Source of the DNA: an uncultured Nitrospiraceae bacterium
GTDB taxonomy: Bacteria; Nitrospirota; Thermodesulfovibrionia; Thermodesulfovibrionales; Dissulfurispiraceae
NCBI GenBank assembly: GCA_947085205.1
Contig: CAMTVO010000014.1
Coordinates: forward strand, 1 to 64,000
Length of the DNA: 64,000 nucleotides
Reading direction: 5' to 3'
Each line of letters begins with the position of its first letter. The stretch's first letter is position 1. Shown in pieces: positions 47,594 through 57,380 of the stretch. Made by a program: the position numbers and the translations under genes. The notes below the pieces were generated by a model. The model saw only the letters and a list, made by a program, of their open reading frames with translations, made no database searches and was not told the origin of the DNA.

Positions 47594-48729
47594 ATTATCA
47601 CCAATTCTGCCTTCAAGCTTCCGGCAGCTTTAATTGCTTGCAATATCGCCACCATATCCTTGGGTGTTACGCCTAAGACATTAAACGCTTTAACCAGTTC
47701 ACCGATTGTTGCCCCTTTCACCTCCACCATGGGCGCCTTTTTCTCCTCTGCCTTTATTTCTACTTTTGGGACAATTACTGTTTCAGCTGTGGGAGGGGCA
47801 AAAGGAGGAGGTTGAACAACCTCGTATTCAACCTTAATCTCTATGGCAAGTCCCCCATGCGCAAGGGCGATTGGACTGATTTTTACATTTTCACCTATGA
47901 CAACTGTACCTGTCCTCTCATTGATAACAACCCTTGCAGGCATATCCACATCTACATTTATAAGTTCGATTTTCGACATCAAATCAACTACCCTGTTTGT
48001 ATAGGTATCCGGAACTTTTATGGAAATAACCGAAGGGCCTTCAGCCTTAGCGAAACTTCCACCGAGAATGTCGTTTATTCCATCGGTTATTTTCTTGGCA
48101 GTCGTAATGTCCTGAACGGTCAATAAAAGGTCTAATCTCTGTTTCTCGTTTAACTGCACAGGGACCTCTTTTTCGACAATAGCGCCATTAGGGATAGCGC
48201 CGACATTCGGATGATTCTTGATTACCTGTGCACCTGTTCCACCAGCCACAAATCCGCCAATAGATACAGGGCCTTGTGCAACAGCATAAACATTACCATC
48301 TGGCCCCTTTAGAGGCGCCATTAAAAGCGTCCCACCCTGAAGGCTCTTTGCATCGCCGATGGACGATACCTGAACGTCGACCTTAGAGCCCGGCTTTACC
48401 ATTGTAGGCAGTTTTGCAGTAACTATTACCGCAGCTATGTTCTTTGTCTTTCCCTTTATATCTGCGGCATTCACGCTGATTCCCATTCTTGTAAGCATAT
48501 TTGCAAACGGCTGGAATATGTATGTCCCGTCCTTATCGCCGGTGCCGTTGAGTCCGACAACAATTCCGTATCCGATAAGTTCGTTCTCCCTTATTCCGGA
48601 AAATGCGGCGATATCCTTAATCCTCTCGGCATGAACGACAGTGAACAGTGAACAGTTAATAGTGAATAGTAAAAAACAGAAAAAAACAGTTCGTTGCATT
48701 TTTTTAAGATACTCAGTTTTCCGGTTCAT
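47590..48729 (-). CDS. flgI: Flagellar P-ring protein
   Basis: RIKDIA, GYGIVVGLNGTGD, GDAKSLQGGTLL. Confidence 0.96.
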   Translation of the reverse strand: MNRKTEYLKKMQRTVFFCFLLFTINCSLFTVVHAERIKDIAAFSGIRENELIGYGIVVGLNGTGDKDGTYIFQPFANMLTRMGISVNAADIKGKTKNIAAVIVTAKLPTMVKPGSKVDVQVSSIGDAKSLQGGTLLMAPLKGPDGNVYAVAQGPVSIGGFVAGGTGAQVIKNHPNVGAIPNGAIVEKEVPVQLNEKQRLDLLLTVQDITTAKKITDGINDILGGSFAKAEGPSVISIKVPDTYTNRVVDLMSKIELINVDVDMPARVVINERTGTVVIGENVKISPIALAHGGLAIEIKVEYEVVQPPPFAPPTAETVIVPKVEIKAEEKKAPMVEVKGATIGELVKAFNVLGVTPKDMVAILQAIKAAGSLKAELVIM

Positions 48730-48781
48730 CCCTTATACTCCTTTCTATTACTGTTCACTAAGCACTTTACACTATTCACTG
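48639..48781. repeat. Heptamer arrays around the flgI start
   Basis: (AGTGAAC/T)n at 48639-48671; reverse-type units at 48750-48781. Confidence 0.75.
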
Positions 48782-48784
48782 CCG

Positions 48785-49513
48785 TTAAAACGGCCATACC
48801 TTGTCCAAAAATCTCACAAGCCAGCCCTGCGACTGCTTGTCATCCAAAACACCGTCGCCGACAAAGTATATCTGGGCGTCTGCTATATACTGTGACAGGA
48901 CTGTATTATTCGGCGATATATCATCAGGCCTCACAATGCCCTTCAATACGAGTATCTCTTTTTCATTGTTCACGACTACCTCTTTTCTCGACTCGAGCAC
49001 CAGATTGGAATTGGGCAGAACCTCCACAACCTTTGCCGTTACAGTGCCTGTAAGTTTTCCCTCTCTCGTGGTATCGCCTTTTCCTTTAAAGTCAGACTTC
49101 CCCTTTCCCTCGACAGACGGAGAAAACACATTTGCCCCTTTGTAAAATCCGCCTAACATAGGGAGTTTATCTACGCCAAAGTCAGTATTCATCCCAAAAA
49201 AATTGTCCAGTCCGTAATCAGCGGATGAATCACGGCTGGCATTGGTGGTAGCCTTTTTAGAAGCGGTCGATTTTTCATTGATTAATATTGTCACAAGGTC
49301 ATTTACCCTCTTAGCCCTTCTGTCCTCAAAAAGCGAAGCGCTGTCCTTCCATAAAGAACCTTCTGATGAGGATGCCTCTTTTTCCTTTGTTTCGACATAT
49401 CTCGGCGGCATAGGAGCATTTTTTATATCGCGCGCGTCCTTGAGACCGGAACAACCAATTAATACAGTGAACAGTGAACAGTGAACAGTGAACAGTAATA
49501 TAGTGCGAATCAT
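48785..49513 (-). CDS. flgH: Flagellar L-ring protein
   Basis: LIGC lipobox, LFEDRRA, G.VRPDDI, QGWL.RF. Confidence 0.94.
   Translation of the reverse strand: MIRTILLFTVHCSLFTVLIGCSGLKDARDIKNAPMPPRYVETKEKEASSSEGSLWKDSASLFEDRRAKRVNDLVTILINEKSTASKKATTNASRDSSADYGLDNFFGMNTDFGVDKLPMLGGFYKGANVFSPSVEGKGKSDFKGKGDTTREGKLTGTVTAKVVEVLPNSNLVLESRKEVVVNNEKEILVLKGIVRPDDISPNNTVLSQYIADAQIYFVGDGVLDDKQSQGWLVRFLDKVWPF
49464..49496. repeat. (ACAGTGA)x4 in the flgH 5' end
   Basis: Perfect heptamer run. Confidence 0.9.
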
Positions 49514-50265
49514 ATCTTTACCCTCACTGTATCAGGCGATGTAAGAATTCCGCTCACCTCTTTTTTGGACACATCGCATGAAACCTTTGCCGTACCGCCC
49601 ATTACGGCGTCATTTTTGAGCGATCCCTGAGTTGTTATAACCACGTTGCCTCCTTCGACCACAACATTAACCCTCTGTCCCCTTTTAATGCTCAACTGGG
49701 TTGTTAGATGATCGCTCCTTAAAATAACCCCTTGTCCTATGTTCGTCTTAAGCGCTTTTCCTTCCAAATCGTTCATGCTCAACACTGCGCCTGCCGGCAG
49801 TCTCGAACTCTTCTGCTTTACGATATAAAAATCGTCAGCGCTCAGCGTAGTTCCTTTTACAAGAGGCCTTGAGGTTATGAACACATCCACAAGCACATTG
49901 TAAGATGCTTCGACAATTATACTTTTCGTCTCAATCTTCCTGTTTTTAAGACCGACTGAAAAATGAGCCTTATTGCGTCCTGCATATCCGTTCATAACTG
50001 CATTGGCAACCGTATACCCATCCGGGCTTTTTAAGACATCCGCCCCTGAGATTACTCTCAGTCCATTAACTTCGACATCTCCTGAAACAGACTTCTTCAG
50101 TTCATTCAATACTGCCTTTTTAACCGCATCCATCAATTCGACTTGAGCATAGGACTCGGTTATAGTAAGCAGTAAGCAGTAAGCAGTAAGCAGTAATATA
50201 GCAACAAGTAACGAATAACGAGTTTTTTGACTTCCGACTCTTGATGCTTGACGCTCGACGCTCAT
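49510..50265 (-). CDS. flgA: P-ring formation chaperone
   Basis: Signal peptide, SAF-like region, IKRGQRV; lies between flgG and flgH. Confidence 0.8.
   Translation of the reverse strand: MSVERQASRVGSQKTRYSLLVAILLLTAYCLLLTITESYAQVELMDAVKKAVLNELKKSVSGDVEVNGLRVISGADVLKSPDGYTVANAVMNGYAGRNKAHFSVGLKNRKIETKSIIVEASYNVLVDVFITSRPLVKGTTLSADDFYIVKQKSSRLPAGAVLSMNDLEGKALKTNIGQGVILRSDHLTTQLSIKRGQRVNVVVEGGNVVITTQGSLKNDAVMGGTAKVSCDVSKKEVSGILTSPDTVRVKI
50164..50262. repeat. Heptamer arrays in the flgA 5' end
   Basis: (AGTAAGC)x4, TAACGAA-type and TGACGCT-type units. Confidence 0.85.
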
Positions 50266-50269
50266 TTTA

Positions 50270-51058
50270 TTATCTCCTCAGTGCACTGGCAGTCTGGAGC
50301 ATTTCATCAGACGCCTGCACCGCCTTTGAGTTAAGGTCAAATGCCCTTTGAGCGATTATGAGATTAGCCAGCTCTTCAACAACATTGACATTTGACATCT
50401 CCACAAAGCCTTGATTTATAGAGCCTCGGCCTTCAGTGCCGGGTGTGCCGGTGGCAGCCTCTCCTGAAGCATCGGTGGCGAGGAAGAGATTCTTGCCCAA
50501 TGCAAGAAGACCTGCTGGGTTTACGAATCGCGCTGTCTCTATCGTGCCTATTTCAACAGGCGTAGTGCTTCCTGCCTGCAATACAGTTACTCGACCGTCG
50601 GAGCCTACGGTGATTTTAGTTGTGTCGGCAGGAATGGTAATAGCAGGCTCAAGGGGATAACCGTCGGAGTTTACAATCCTACCGTCCCTGTCGAGTTTTA
50701 ATGCTCCGGCCCTCGTGTATGCTATTGTTCCGTCAGGCCTTGTAACCTGAAAAAAGCCGTCGCCTTCTATAACAAGGTCGAGGTCATTACCGGTATTTAT
50801 AAAGTCGCCTTGCGTAAAGAGCTTCTGGACAGCAACAGGCTTAACTCCGAGACCAATCTGTATTCCAGACGGTATCTGGACTCCTTCTCCTGATGGTGCG
50901 CCGGGAGCCTTTATTGTCTGATAAAGCAAATCCTGAAAATCCGCTCTGCTCCTTTTAAAGCCTACTGTGTTCACATTTGCAAGATTGTTTGCTATAACAT
51001 CCACATTTAAGCTCTGTGCATGCATGCCTGTTGCTGCGGTAAAAAGCGATCTTATCAT
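50270..51058 (-). CDS. flgG: Distal rod protein
   Basis: [30 protein letters not shown]. Confidence 0.96.
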   Translation of the reverse strand: MIRSLFTAATGMHAQSLNVDVIANNLANVNTVGFKRSRADFQDLLYQTIKAPGAPSGEGVQIPSGIQIGLGVKPVAVQKLFTQGDFINTGNDLDLVIEGDGFFQVTRPDGTIAYTRAGALKLDRDGRIVNSDGYPLEPAITIPADTTKITVGSDGRVTVLQAGSTTPVEIGTIETARFVNPAGLLALGKNLFLATDASGEAATGTPGTEGRGSINQGFVEMSNVNVVEELANLIIAQRAFDLNSKAVQASDEMLQTASALRR

Positions 51059-51067
51059 CTTACCCCC

Positions 51068-51787
51068 TTATATTTTTGCAATCTCAGAAACAGCCCTCTG
51101 GGAAAGCTCCTCGAAGCTCTTAATAACCTTCTGGGCTGTTTCGTATTGCCTCAATGCAGTTATTATGCCGACCATTTCACGAATCGGATTCACATTCGAC
51201 ATCTCGATGCCGCCCTGAATTATCTCGCCTTTAGATGCGCCTGCTTCATTTCCGGAAAAGAGAGAATCTCCGGCATGCTCTATGTTATTCAGATTTATCA
51301 GTTTGAGCTTGGCTGCTATATTGCCGTTCATGTATATATTGCCGTCAGGAGCGATGTTGACGCTTTTACCCTCGATTCTTATGGGTTTATTCGCCGTATC
51401 CAGCGCTTTCTGTCCGTTTGCTGTAACCAGAAATCCGTCTTTATTCATGCTGAAAGAGCCGTTCCTGGTGTAATAGGTCTTGTCATGCCCCTCAATTGCA
51501 AAAAAGCCCTCGCCTTTAATTGCAAGGTCGAGCGGATTGCCGGTAGTCTTTATATTCCCTTCAGAGGTATCGATATGGTACTTACCGTAATAAGCCATAG
51601 CCCTCGCATCGGGATAGACAGCTTTCTGTTCCTGCGGTACGCCTTCCAATAATGGATACAGACGGGAAGAAAACGATGTCCTCTTATAGCCCGCTGTGCT
51701 GACATTCGCCAAATTATTGGCGACACTGTCCAGTTCTCGACTTCTCAGCACCGCCCCTGTCATTGCTATGTATATGCCTTTGTACAT
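51068..51787 (-). CDS. flgF: Proximal rod protein
   Basis: ANNLANVST.GYK, TGNPLDLAI.GEGFF, EMSNVN. Confidence 0.88.
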   Translation of the reverse strand: MYKGIYIAMTGAVLRSRELDSVANNLANVSTAGYKRTSFSSRLYPLLEGVPQEQKAVYPDARAMAYYGKYHIDTSEGNIKTTGNPLDLAIKGEGFFAIEGHDKTYYTRNGSFSMNKDGFLVTANGQKALDTANKPIRIEGKSVNIAPDGNIYMNGNIAAKLKLINLNNIEHAGDSLFSGNEAGASKGEIIQGGIEMSNVNPIREMVGIITALRQYETAQKVIKSFEELSQRAVSEIAKI

Positions 51788-51843
51788 TCAACCGTCCTTC
51801 TTTTAAGAGTTTTATTTAAAATTTTATTTAATATTTAATAACA

Positions 51844-51860
51844 AGCAATATTGATGCCAG
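51844..51860 (-). promoter_or_regulatory. Sigma54 (-24/-12) promoter of the flgF operon
   Basis: CTGGCATCAATATTGCT, matching TGGCAC-N5-TTGC spacing. Confidence 0.75.
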
Positions 51861-51982
51861 AATTGCGTTATAACGTGCAGCGTTGAGAGTTATAGTGAAA
51901 ATAATAAAAAAACGCCATGACGCAATAAACGCTATAACTCATGACGCTATCTGGTGGGAAAATTTTTCCTGAGGTAGGAAAA

Positions 51983-52165
51983 TTATACCTCTATGTCTAT
52001 TCCTTCTCTTTTTTCTTCGCCTGATTTTTTGGGGAGTTCTTTCTCTTCTTTGGGAGGCTTCTTTGCCTTGCGCTCTACTCTCGTCTTCGGAAACACATGT
52101 TCCGCTCCTATGCCGCGTATGCCTGCGACCCTGTAAAGCTCTCTTATGCCGTCATCGTCTGCCAT
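51983..52165 (-). CDS. Small hypothetical protein, probably sigma28-controlled
   Basis: 60 aa ORF directly downstream of a consensus sigma28 promoter; ends GIDIEV. Confidence 0.6.
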   Translation of the reverse strand: MADDDGIRELYRVAGIRGIGAEHVFPKTRVERKAKKPPKEEKELPKKSGEEKREGIDIEV

Positions 52166-52176
52166 CTTAATTTTTT

Positions 52177-52203
52177 TTATCGGCAGGAACTTGATTTTCT
52201 TTA
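52177..52203 (-). promoter_or_regulatory. Sigma28 promoter
   Basis: Exact TAAA-N15-GCCGATAA. Confidence 0.8.
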
Positions 52204-52204
52204 G

Positions 52205-53047
52205 CTACTCCAAAAGCTTGGCCTTTTGTTCTGTATACGCTTTCTTTATAGTCTCCTGAATTCCGCTGAATTTTTCTTCAGACATGCCTAACCGTTCAAG
52301 TTCGATATTGGATACATTTACAGGCCGCCGCAAGCCGATACCGAGATTTAAACAAACAGCATCGGCAATCTTGATCATCTCGCAAAGTGTTTCAAAATTA
52401 CTGTCTTCAAAGGCAGGAAATGTTTCTAAGTGATGATACTCTATAACCACTTCGAGGTTTTTGGGCAGCTTCCACTTTCTTGCAATAAGACCCCCAACAT
52501 TGCAGTGGTTAAACCCAAGCATCTCATCCTCAACCTCTATAAAAGACAGTCCCTCTTCATAAACCTTTTCAATAACTACAGAATACGACTCAGACATGCT
52601 GTTGTTGAGAACAGTTTTTCCAACATCGTGAATCAACCCTGCAACAAGCGCTTCCTCAGCCTGCACCATCTTTGTCTCTGCAGCAAGGATAGATGCAGCA
52701 ATAGACACGCCAAGGCTGTGTTCCCAGAGTCTCTGCTCGAAGAGACCGAACTTCCTGTGCAAGTCCTTCAATGAGGCGGCAACCACAAGATTTTTCATGG
52801 TATTAAAGCCAATAAGAATTATTGCAGTGGATATTGTGTCTATGCTCTTGCCCCTGCCGTAATACGGCGAGTTGGCAATCCTCAGAAGCCTTGTGGAAAA
52901 TGCCTGGTCTTTGGAAATAATCTTTTCGAGCTCGTTTATAGATGAGTAATCGTCATTCATAAGCTGTAAGACCTTCATTGCAACAGGAGGAAGGCTTGGA
53001 ATGTCAACGGTCTCTAAAATAATTTTTTCTAATATCTCTTCTTTCAT
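52205..53047 (-). CDS. HDOD domain protein
   Basis: IPSLP, LLRIANSPYY, LWEHS, GLIHDVGK, HH. Confidence 0.9.
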   Translation of the reverse strand: MKEEILEKIILETVDIPSLPPVAMKVLQLMNDDYSSINELEKIISKDQAFSTRLLRIANSPYYGRGKSIDTISTAIILIGFNTMKNLVVAASLKDLHRKFGLFEQRLWEHSLGVSIAASILAAETKMVQAEEALVAGLIHDVGKTVLNNSMSESYSVVIEKVYEEGLSFIEVEDEMLGFNHCNVGGLIARKWKLPKNLEVVIEYHHLETFPAFEDSNFETLCEMIKIADAVCLNLGIGLRRPVNVSNIELERLGMSEEKFSGIQETIKKAYTEQKAKLLE

Positions 53048-54306
53048 GCCGTCCCCTCATACCTCATATACTCTTCCCCTGCCTTAAGCTGAGCATCGAG
53101 CCTCACATCATTGAGGTGCTTAAAATATGTGCTTGCGACACTCACAATACTTGGGTCGAGGCTATTGTTTTTAGCCATGCCTTCTATTATTCTCAAAGCC
53201 TCCTTTCCACTCATCCCTTTTCTGTAAGGTCTGTCCTCTGTTATTGCAGTAAAGACATCAGCTACTGCCATAATCCTTGAGCCAATTGGCAACTTATTGC
53301 CCTTTATATGGAACGGATAGCCGTCACCATCCATCCGTTCATGGTGAAAGGATGCCCATGTATTAATTATATCAAACCCTTTCACAGATTCCAGTATTCT
53401 GAAGGAATGATAAACATGACTTTTCATTATATTGAATTCTTCCACTGAAAGTTTTGCAGGTTTTTCGAGTATTTCTGCCGGAACAGCCAATTTGCCGACG
53501 TCGTGGAGATAACCTGCAACAGACATCATCCGACACTCCATCTCTGAAAAACCTATCATCTGTGCCAGTAATGTAGCCACTGCACTTACACCTGCTGAAT
53601 GAACTGCTGTAAATGAACTTCTATAATCCACAATATTACTGAAAAGTTTAGCAATACTTAGAAGGCCTTCCATATCCAGCTCTATATCAGGCAGAACATT
53701 TCTATCTAAAATTATCTGGTCAATCTCCGGCGATGTTGCATCAAACCAGAAAGATTCTTTAGCTGATAGGTTCTCAAAGAGATCTACAAGCTCAGGCATA
53801 AATATTTTATTTGAGCGGGATTTGACTACATTCACTATGCTTTTGCTCTGACTCAGCACCTCCTGATGTTTATCAATAAGCACTTCTATCCTGTCAGCAA
53901 GATAGATGATATGGCCGCCAATAGGGACGTCTTCTCCATTAAACCTGCGACCTTCGCCTTCTGCCCATGGGATATGATGGTAACGAATAAGCTTAGAAAC
54001 AGATGGAAATATGTCAAAGTCCTTAATAAGCAAATATCCCCTTTCAGCATGCAGGTAAGGGTTTTTAATCTCAAATTCGAGGGAATCAATCTTTTCATGC
54101 TCTGAAAAAACACCAATGTCATGAATTGCTGATGCTAAAAATATATCATTTATCTCCTGTCGTGAAAGCCCTGATTCCTTTGCTATCTCACTGGCAATTA
54201 CAGCCACCCTCAGATGGTGATTGGCAACTTTTGGATTAACAAAATCCAGTGCCCTTGAAAAGGAAAGGATCAGGTCAGATAGTTTTATTCTTATGTTACC
54301 AATCAT
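53044..54306 (-). CDS. Tandem HD / HD-GYP phosphohydrolase
   Basis: HDIG and HDVGK; HHERMDGDGYP; DRPYR. Confidence 0.9.
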   Translation of the reverse strand: MIGNIRIKLSDLILSFSRALDFVNPKVANHHLRVAVIASEIAKESGLSRQEINDIFLASAIHDIGVFSEHEKIDSLEFEIKNPYLHAERGYLLIKDFDIFPSVSKLIRYHHIPWAEGEGRRFNGEDVPIGGHIIYLADRIEVLIDKHQEVLSQSKSIVNVVKSRSNKIFMPELVDLFENLSAKESFWFDATSPEIDQIILDRNVLPDIELDMEGLLSIAKLFSNIVDYRSSFTAVHSAGVSAVATLLAQMIGFSEMECRMMSVAGYLHDVGKLAVPAEILEKPAKLSVEEFNIMKSHVYHSFRILESVKGFDIINTWASFHHERMDGDGYPFHIKGNKLPIGSRIMAVADVFTAITEDRPYRKGMSGKEALRIIEGMAKNNSLDPSIVSVASTYFKHLNDVRLDAQLKAGEEYMRYEGTA

Positions 54307-54338
54307 AACTTTGTATCATCACTCCATTACTCCATTAT

Positions 54339-56312
54339 TTACGCCTCAGCCTCGAGCTTCGTCAGTATGGAGATTATCTCATCAACCAATCTCACTGATT
54401 CTGTCACACGAAGCTTTATTGATTCCCTGTCTCCTTTTTTCGCAGCTTCGTAAGCCTTCAATCCGAGTTCATGCAGTCTGCTGTGAGGCGACTCGAGATC
54501 TCTGAATAAACTGCGATTTCCGAACAACTCTCTTCCCTCTCCGTAATACCATGCGCCCATCCTCGATTTATCTGCATGCAGCTCATCAGGACCGACTGAT
54601 ATTTCCTTTGCATCAAGGAGGTTCAGAATCCTGTGAAGCCACAAAACATAATCTGCCTTAAGCACACCTATTCTCATTTTAGGGTCGTTAAAACCATCCA
54701 GCAAGCTTAAAAATTCCTTTGCATCGGTGCTGAATTTATTAAAGGACAATGCCATGTCCTTGACTGTCTTAGAGCTCCCCTTTGCATCTTCCGCAATGTT
54801 GGTTAAGTTGCTCGATATTTCGGTTGCAGTAGCCGACTGTTCCTCCGTAGCGGTGACCACCTGATGAATCATGTCTGAGACCTTTTCAAAACTTTCGTAT
54901 ATTTGCATAAATGCGCCTTCCAGACGTCGCGCAATCTCACCTGTAACTTTAGACTTTTCAACTGCCACATCCATTATATCTGTGGCATCAACCGTGCCTG
55001 CATGTATAGAGCTCAAAATATTGTTTATCTCGGATGTTGCGTTTGCAGTCCTCTGCGCAAGCTTCCTCACCTCGTCAGCAACTACCGCAAATCCCCTTCC
55101 CTGCTCCCCTGCCCTTGCAGCCTCTATTGCGGCATTCAGGGCGAGGAGGTTTGTCTGGTCCGCTATATCCTTTATCATTACCACTATCTCGTCTATTTTC
55201 TTTGAAAATTCGGACAGATCCTTTACCTTGCCCGATGCCTTTTCTATCTGCGTATTCACTTCGTCTATGGAAGATACCGTTTCATTGATCATCCCCTTAC
55301 CTTGAGACGATGCTGTTTTTGCGCGCTCTGCCGCCTGCGATGCGATATTTATATTGCGCGCTATGTCGCCTATGGTAGACGACATCTCCTCTGTTGCAGT
55401 TGCAGCAGTAGTTGTGCGTTCAAGGTCTTTATCAACCCTCTGCGATACATCCTTGCCGTAAAGGGTAAGGTTGACGGCATCCTTTAGGATATGAACCGTC
55501 TTGCCCGCCACATCCCTCATAACATGCCTCATTGCCTTTATTATGCTCGTTACATCTTCCGCCACCTTCCCGAACTCGTCGGCGGTCTTTGATTCAATCC
55601 TGACTGTAAGGTCGCCTTTTGCAACCTTCCCTGCAGATGCGCTGATATCGTGCAGGACACTGATGACATACCTGTTGACAAACCAGAAAGAGAACGCAAA
55701 AGCTATAGAGAATACCACGAGAACAATTACTGCCACAGAGACTGTGGTCGTCTTGATTTCTCTCTTAATAGTATCCATGCTATTGACAAATTCTTTTCTT
55801 GAGTCTTCTATAATTTCGTCCATCATTCCTAAAAATATCTTTGACCTTTCCGCTTGCACGGTCCCGACTATTTTTAGCATATCGTTGATTCTTTCCGATT
55901 TGATTAAGGCAATCACTTCACCTTTAATGGTCTGCAAAAAAGGCGCTATCGCCTTTTCCATTTCTACGGTTTTATCCTTATACCTGCCTTTTTTTAATTC
56001 TTCGGTATTTCTTAAAATTTTATCCGAAAGAGAGACGATAACGCCCTCCTGCGCTTCCCATACATCTGGGTCTTTTGCCAAGCTCATCCTCAAAAATGCA
56101 GCCCTTATTCCGTTAATATCTGCCTTGATCTGGGTTATCAGTTGAATGTCGTTGCTCATAGTATTCATGGAATCGTATTTCGATTTGATGCTCATGAAAT
56201 TGACGCCTATCAATCCTAATATCCCGAATATCAGGGCAGTCATAAAGATATAGCCCATCAACACCTTCTTCTTCAGGCCAATTGACAGTACTAAAGAAAA
56301 CAAACCCTTCAT
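54339..56312 (-). CDS. Methyl-accepting chemotaxis protein with C-terminal CZB-like domain
   Basis: Two TMs, [41 protein letters not shown], tail with MGAWYY and HSRLHE. Confidence 0.9.
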   Translation of the reverse strand: MKGLFSLVLSIGLKKKVLMGYIFMTALIFGILGLIGVNFMSIKSKYDSMNTMSNDIQLITQIKADINGIRAAFLRMSLAKDPDVWEAQEGVIVSLSDKILRNTEELKKGRYKDKTVEMEKAIAPFLQTIKGEVIALIKSERINDMLKIVGTVQAERSKIFLGMMDEIIEDSRKEFVNSMDTIKREIKTTTVSVAVIVLVVFSIAFAFSFWFVNRYVISVLHDISASAGKVAKGDLTVRIESKTADEFGKVAEDVTSIIKAMRHVMRDVAGKTVHILKDAVNLTLYGKDVSQRVDKDLERTTTAATATEEMSSTIGDIARNINIASQAAERAKTASSQGKGMINETVSSIDEVNTQIEKASGKVKDLSEFSKKIDEIVVMIKDIADQTNLLALNAAIEAARAGEQGRGFAVVADEVRKLAQRTANATSEINNILSSIHAGTVDATDIMDVAVEKSKVTGEIARRLEGAFMQIYESFEKVSDMIHQVVTATEEQSATATEISSNLTNIAEDAKGSSKTVKDMALSFNKFSTDAKEFLSLLDGFNDPKMRIGVLKADYVLWLHRILNLLDAKEISVGPDELHADKSRMGAWYYGEGRELFGNRSLFRDLESPHSRLHELGLKAYEAAKKGDRESIKLRVTESVRLVDEIISILTKLEAEA

Positions 56313-56325
56313 TTTTCCTCCATTA

Positions 56326-57378
56326 CTATACCGAATTTATTATCTCGCCGGCCATTTCTTCTATGGCCAATATCTTGTCAGCTATGCCTGCATCCACGAC
56401 CGCCTTCGGCATTCCATACACAACACATGTATCTTCGTTTTGTGCAAATATCCTGCCGCCCGTCTTTTTCACTTCAATAAGTCCTTTGCATCCATCATTT
56501 CCCATGCCTGTTAGTATTACGCCGAGCGCCCTGCCGGGGAAAAATTCTGACACAGAAAACATCAGCGCATCGACAGATGGGCGATAAATAAACTCCTCTT
56601 TATTCTCAGAAATGGTAACAACAGTCTCTATACCCCTCGGTCTTCTCACCCTCATATGTCCTCTTCCGGGCGCTATAAGAGCAACTCCCGGCTTCAGAGG
56701 TTCTCCCTCTTCTGCCTCTTTTACCGTAATCTGACTGAGTTGATTGAGCCTCTCGGCAAATGGCCCGGTGAAGTTTGGCGGCATGTGTTGGGCTATTACT
56801 ATAGGGGTAGGAAAGTCCTTGGGCAATTTAGGAATTATCTCCTGGAGCGCCTTCGGCCCGCCTGTAGAAGTCCCTATGGACACTATGCCGACCCTTCTTT
56901 CGCCTGTTGTCCTGACAGGCATGGATTTAGGAATCTCTATCGTTCTTGGCGCAGTTGTAGGCCTGATGCGCTTCCTAATAATTCCTGCTCTGGCTATATG
57001 CTTTATCTTGTCAATCAATATCTCCCTTATCTTCACAATGTTTACAGAAAGGTCAGATAGGTTTTTGGGGATAAAATCCACTGCACCGAGGTCAAAGGCA
57101 TCCAGTGTAACCTTTGCTCCTTCTACGGTCAGGGAGCTGACCATAATTACAGGAACAGGATTTTTCTCCATTATATGCTTCAGGGCAGTAATGCCGTCCA
57201 TCCTCGGCATTTCAACATCCATGGTCACAATATCAGGCCTTAGTTTTTCTATCAGCTCAATTGCTTCAAGACCGTCCCTTGCCTTACCGACAATCTGGAT
57301 TTCAGGGTCAGAGGAAAGCATACTGGACAGGGCATTCCTCATAAATGCAGAATCATCTACAATAAGAACCTTTACCAT
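56326..57378 (-). CDS. cheB: Chemotaxis methylesterase
   Basis: Receiver domain plus [19 protein letters not shown]. Confidence 0.96.
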   Translation of the reverse strand: MVKVLIVDDSAFMRNALSSMLSSDPEIQIVGKARDGLEAIELIEKLRPDIVTMDVEMPRMDGITALKHIMEKNPVPVIMVSSLTVEGAKVTLDAFDLGAVDFIPKNLSDLSVNIVKIREILIDKIKHIARAGIIRKRIRPTTAPRTIEIPKSMPVRTTGERRVGIVSIGTSTGGPKALQEIIPKLPKDFPTPIVIAQHMPPNFTGPFAERLNQLSQITVKEAEEGEPLKPGVALIAPGRGHMRVRRPRGIETVVTISENKEEFIYRPSVDALMFSVSEFFPGRALGVILTGMGNDGCKGLIEVKKTGGRIFAQNEDTCVVYGMPKAVVDAGIADKILAIEEMAGEIINSV

Positions 57379-57380
57379 TT

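Noticed and set aside
18704..50262. Heptamer arrays as CRISPR repeats or DGR template/variable repeats
   Set aside because: No spacers, no long near-duplicate differing at adenines, and no reverse transcriptase in the window.
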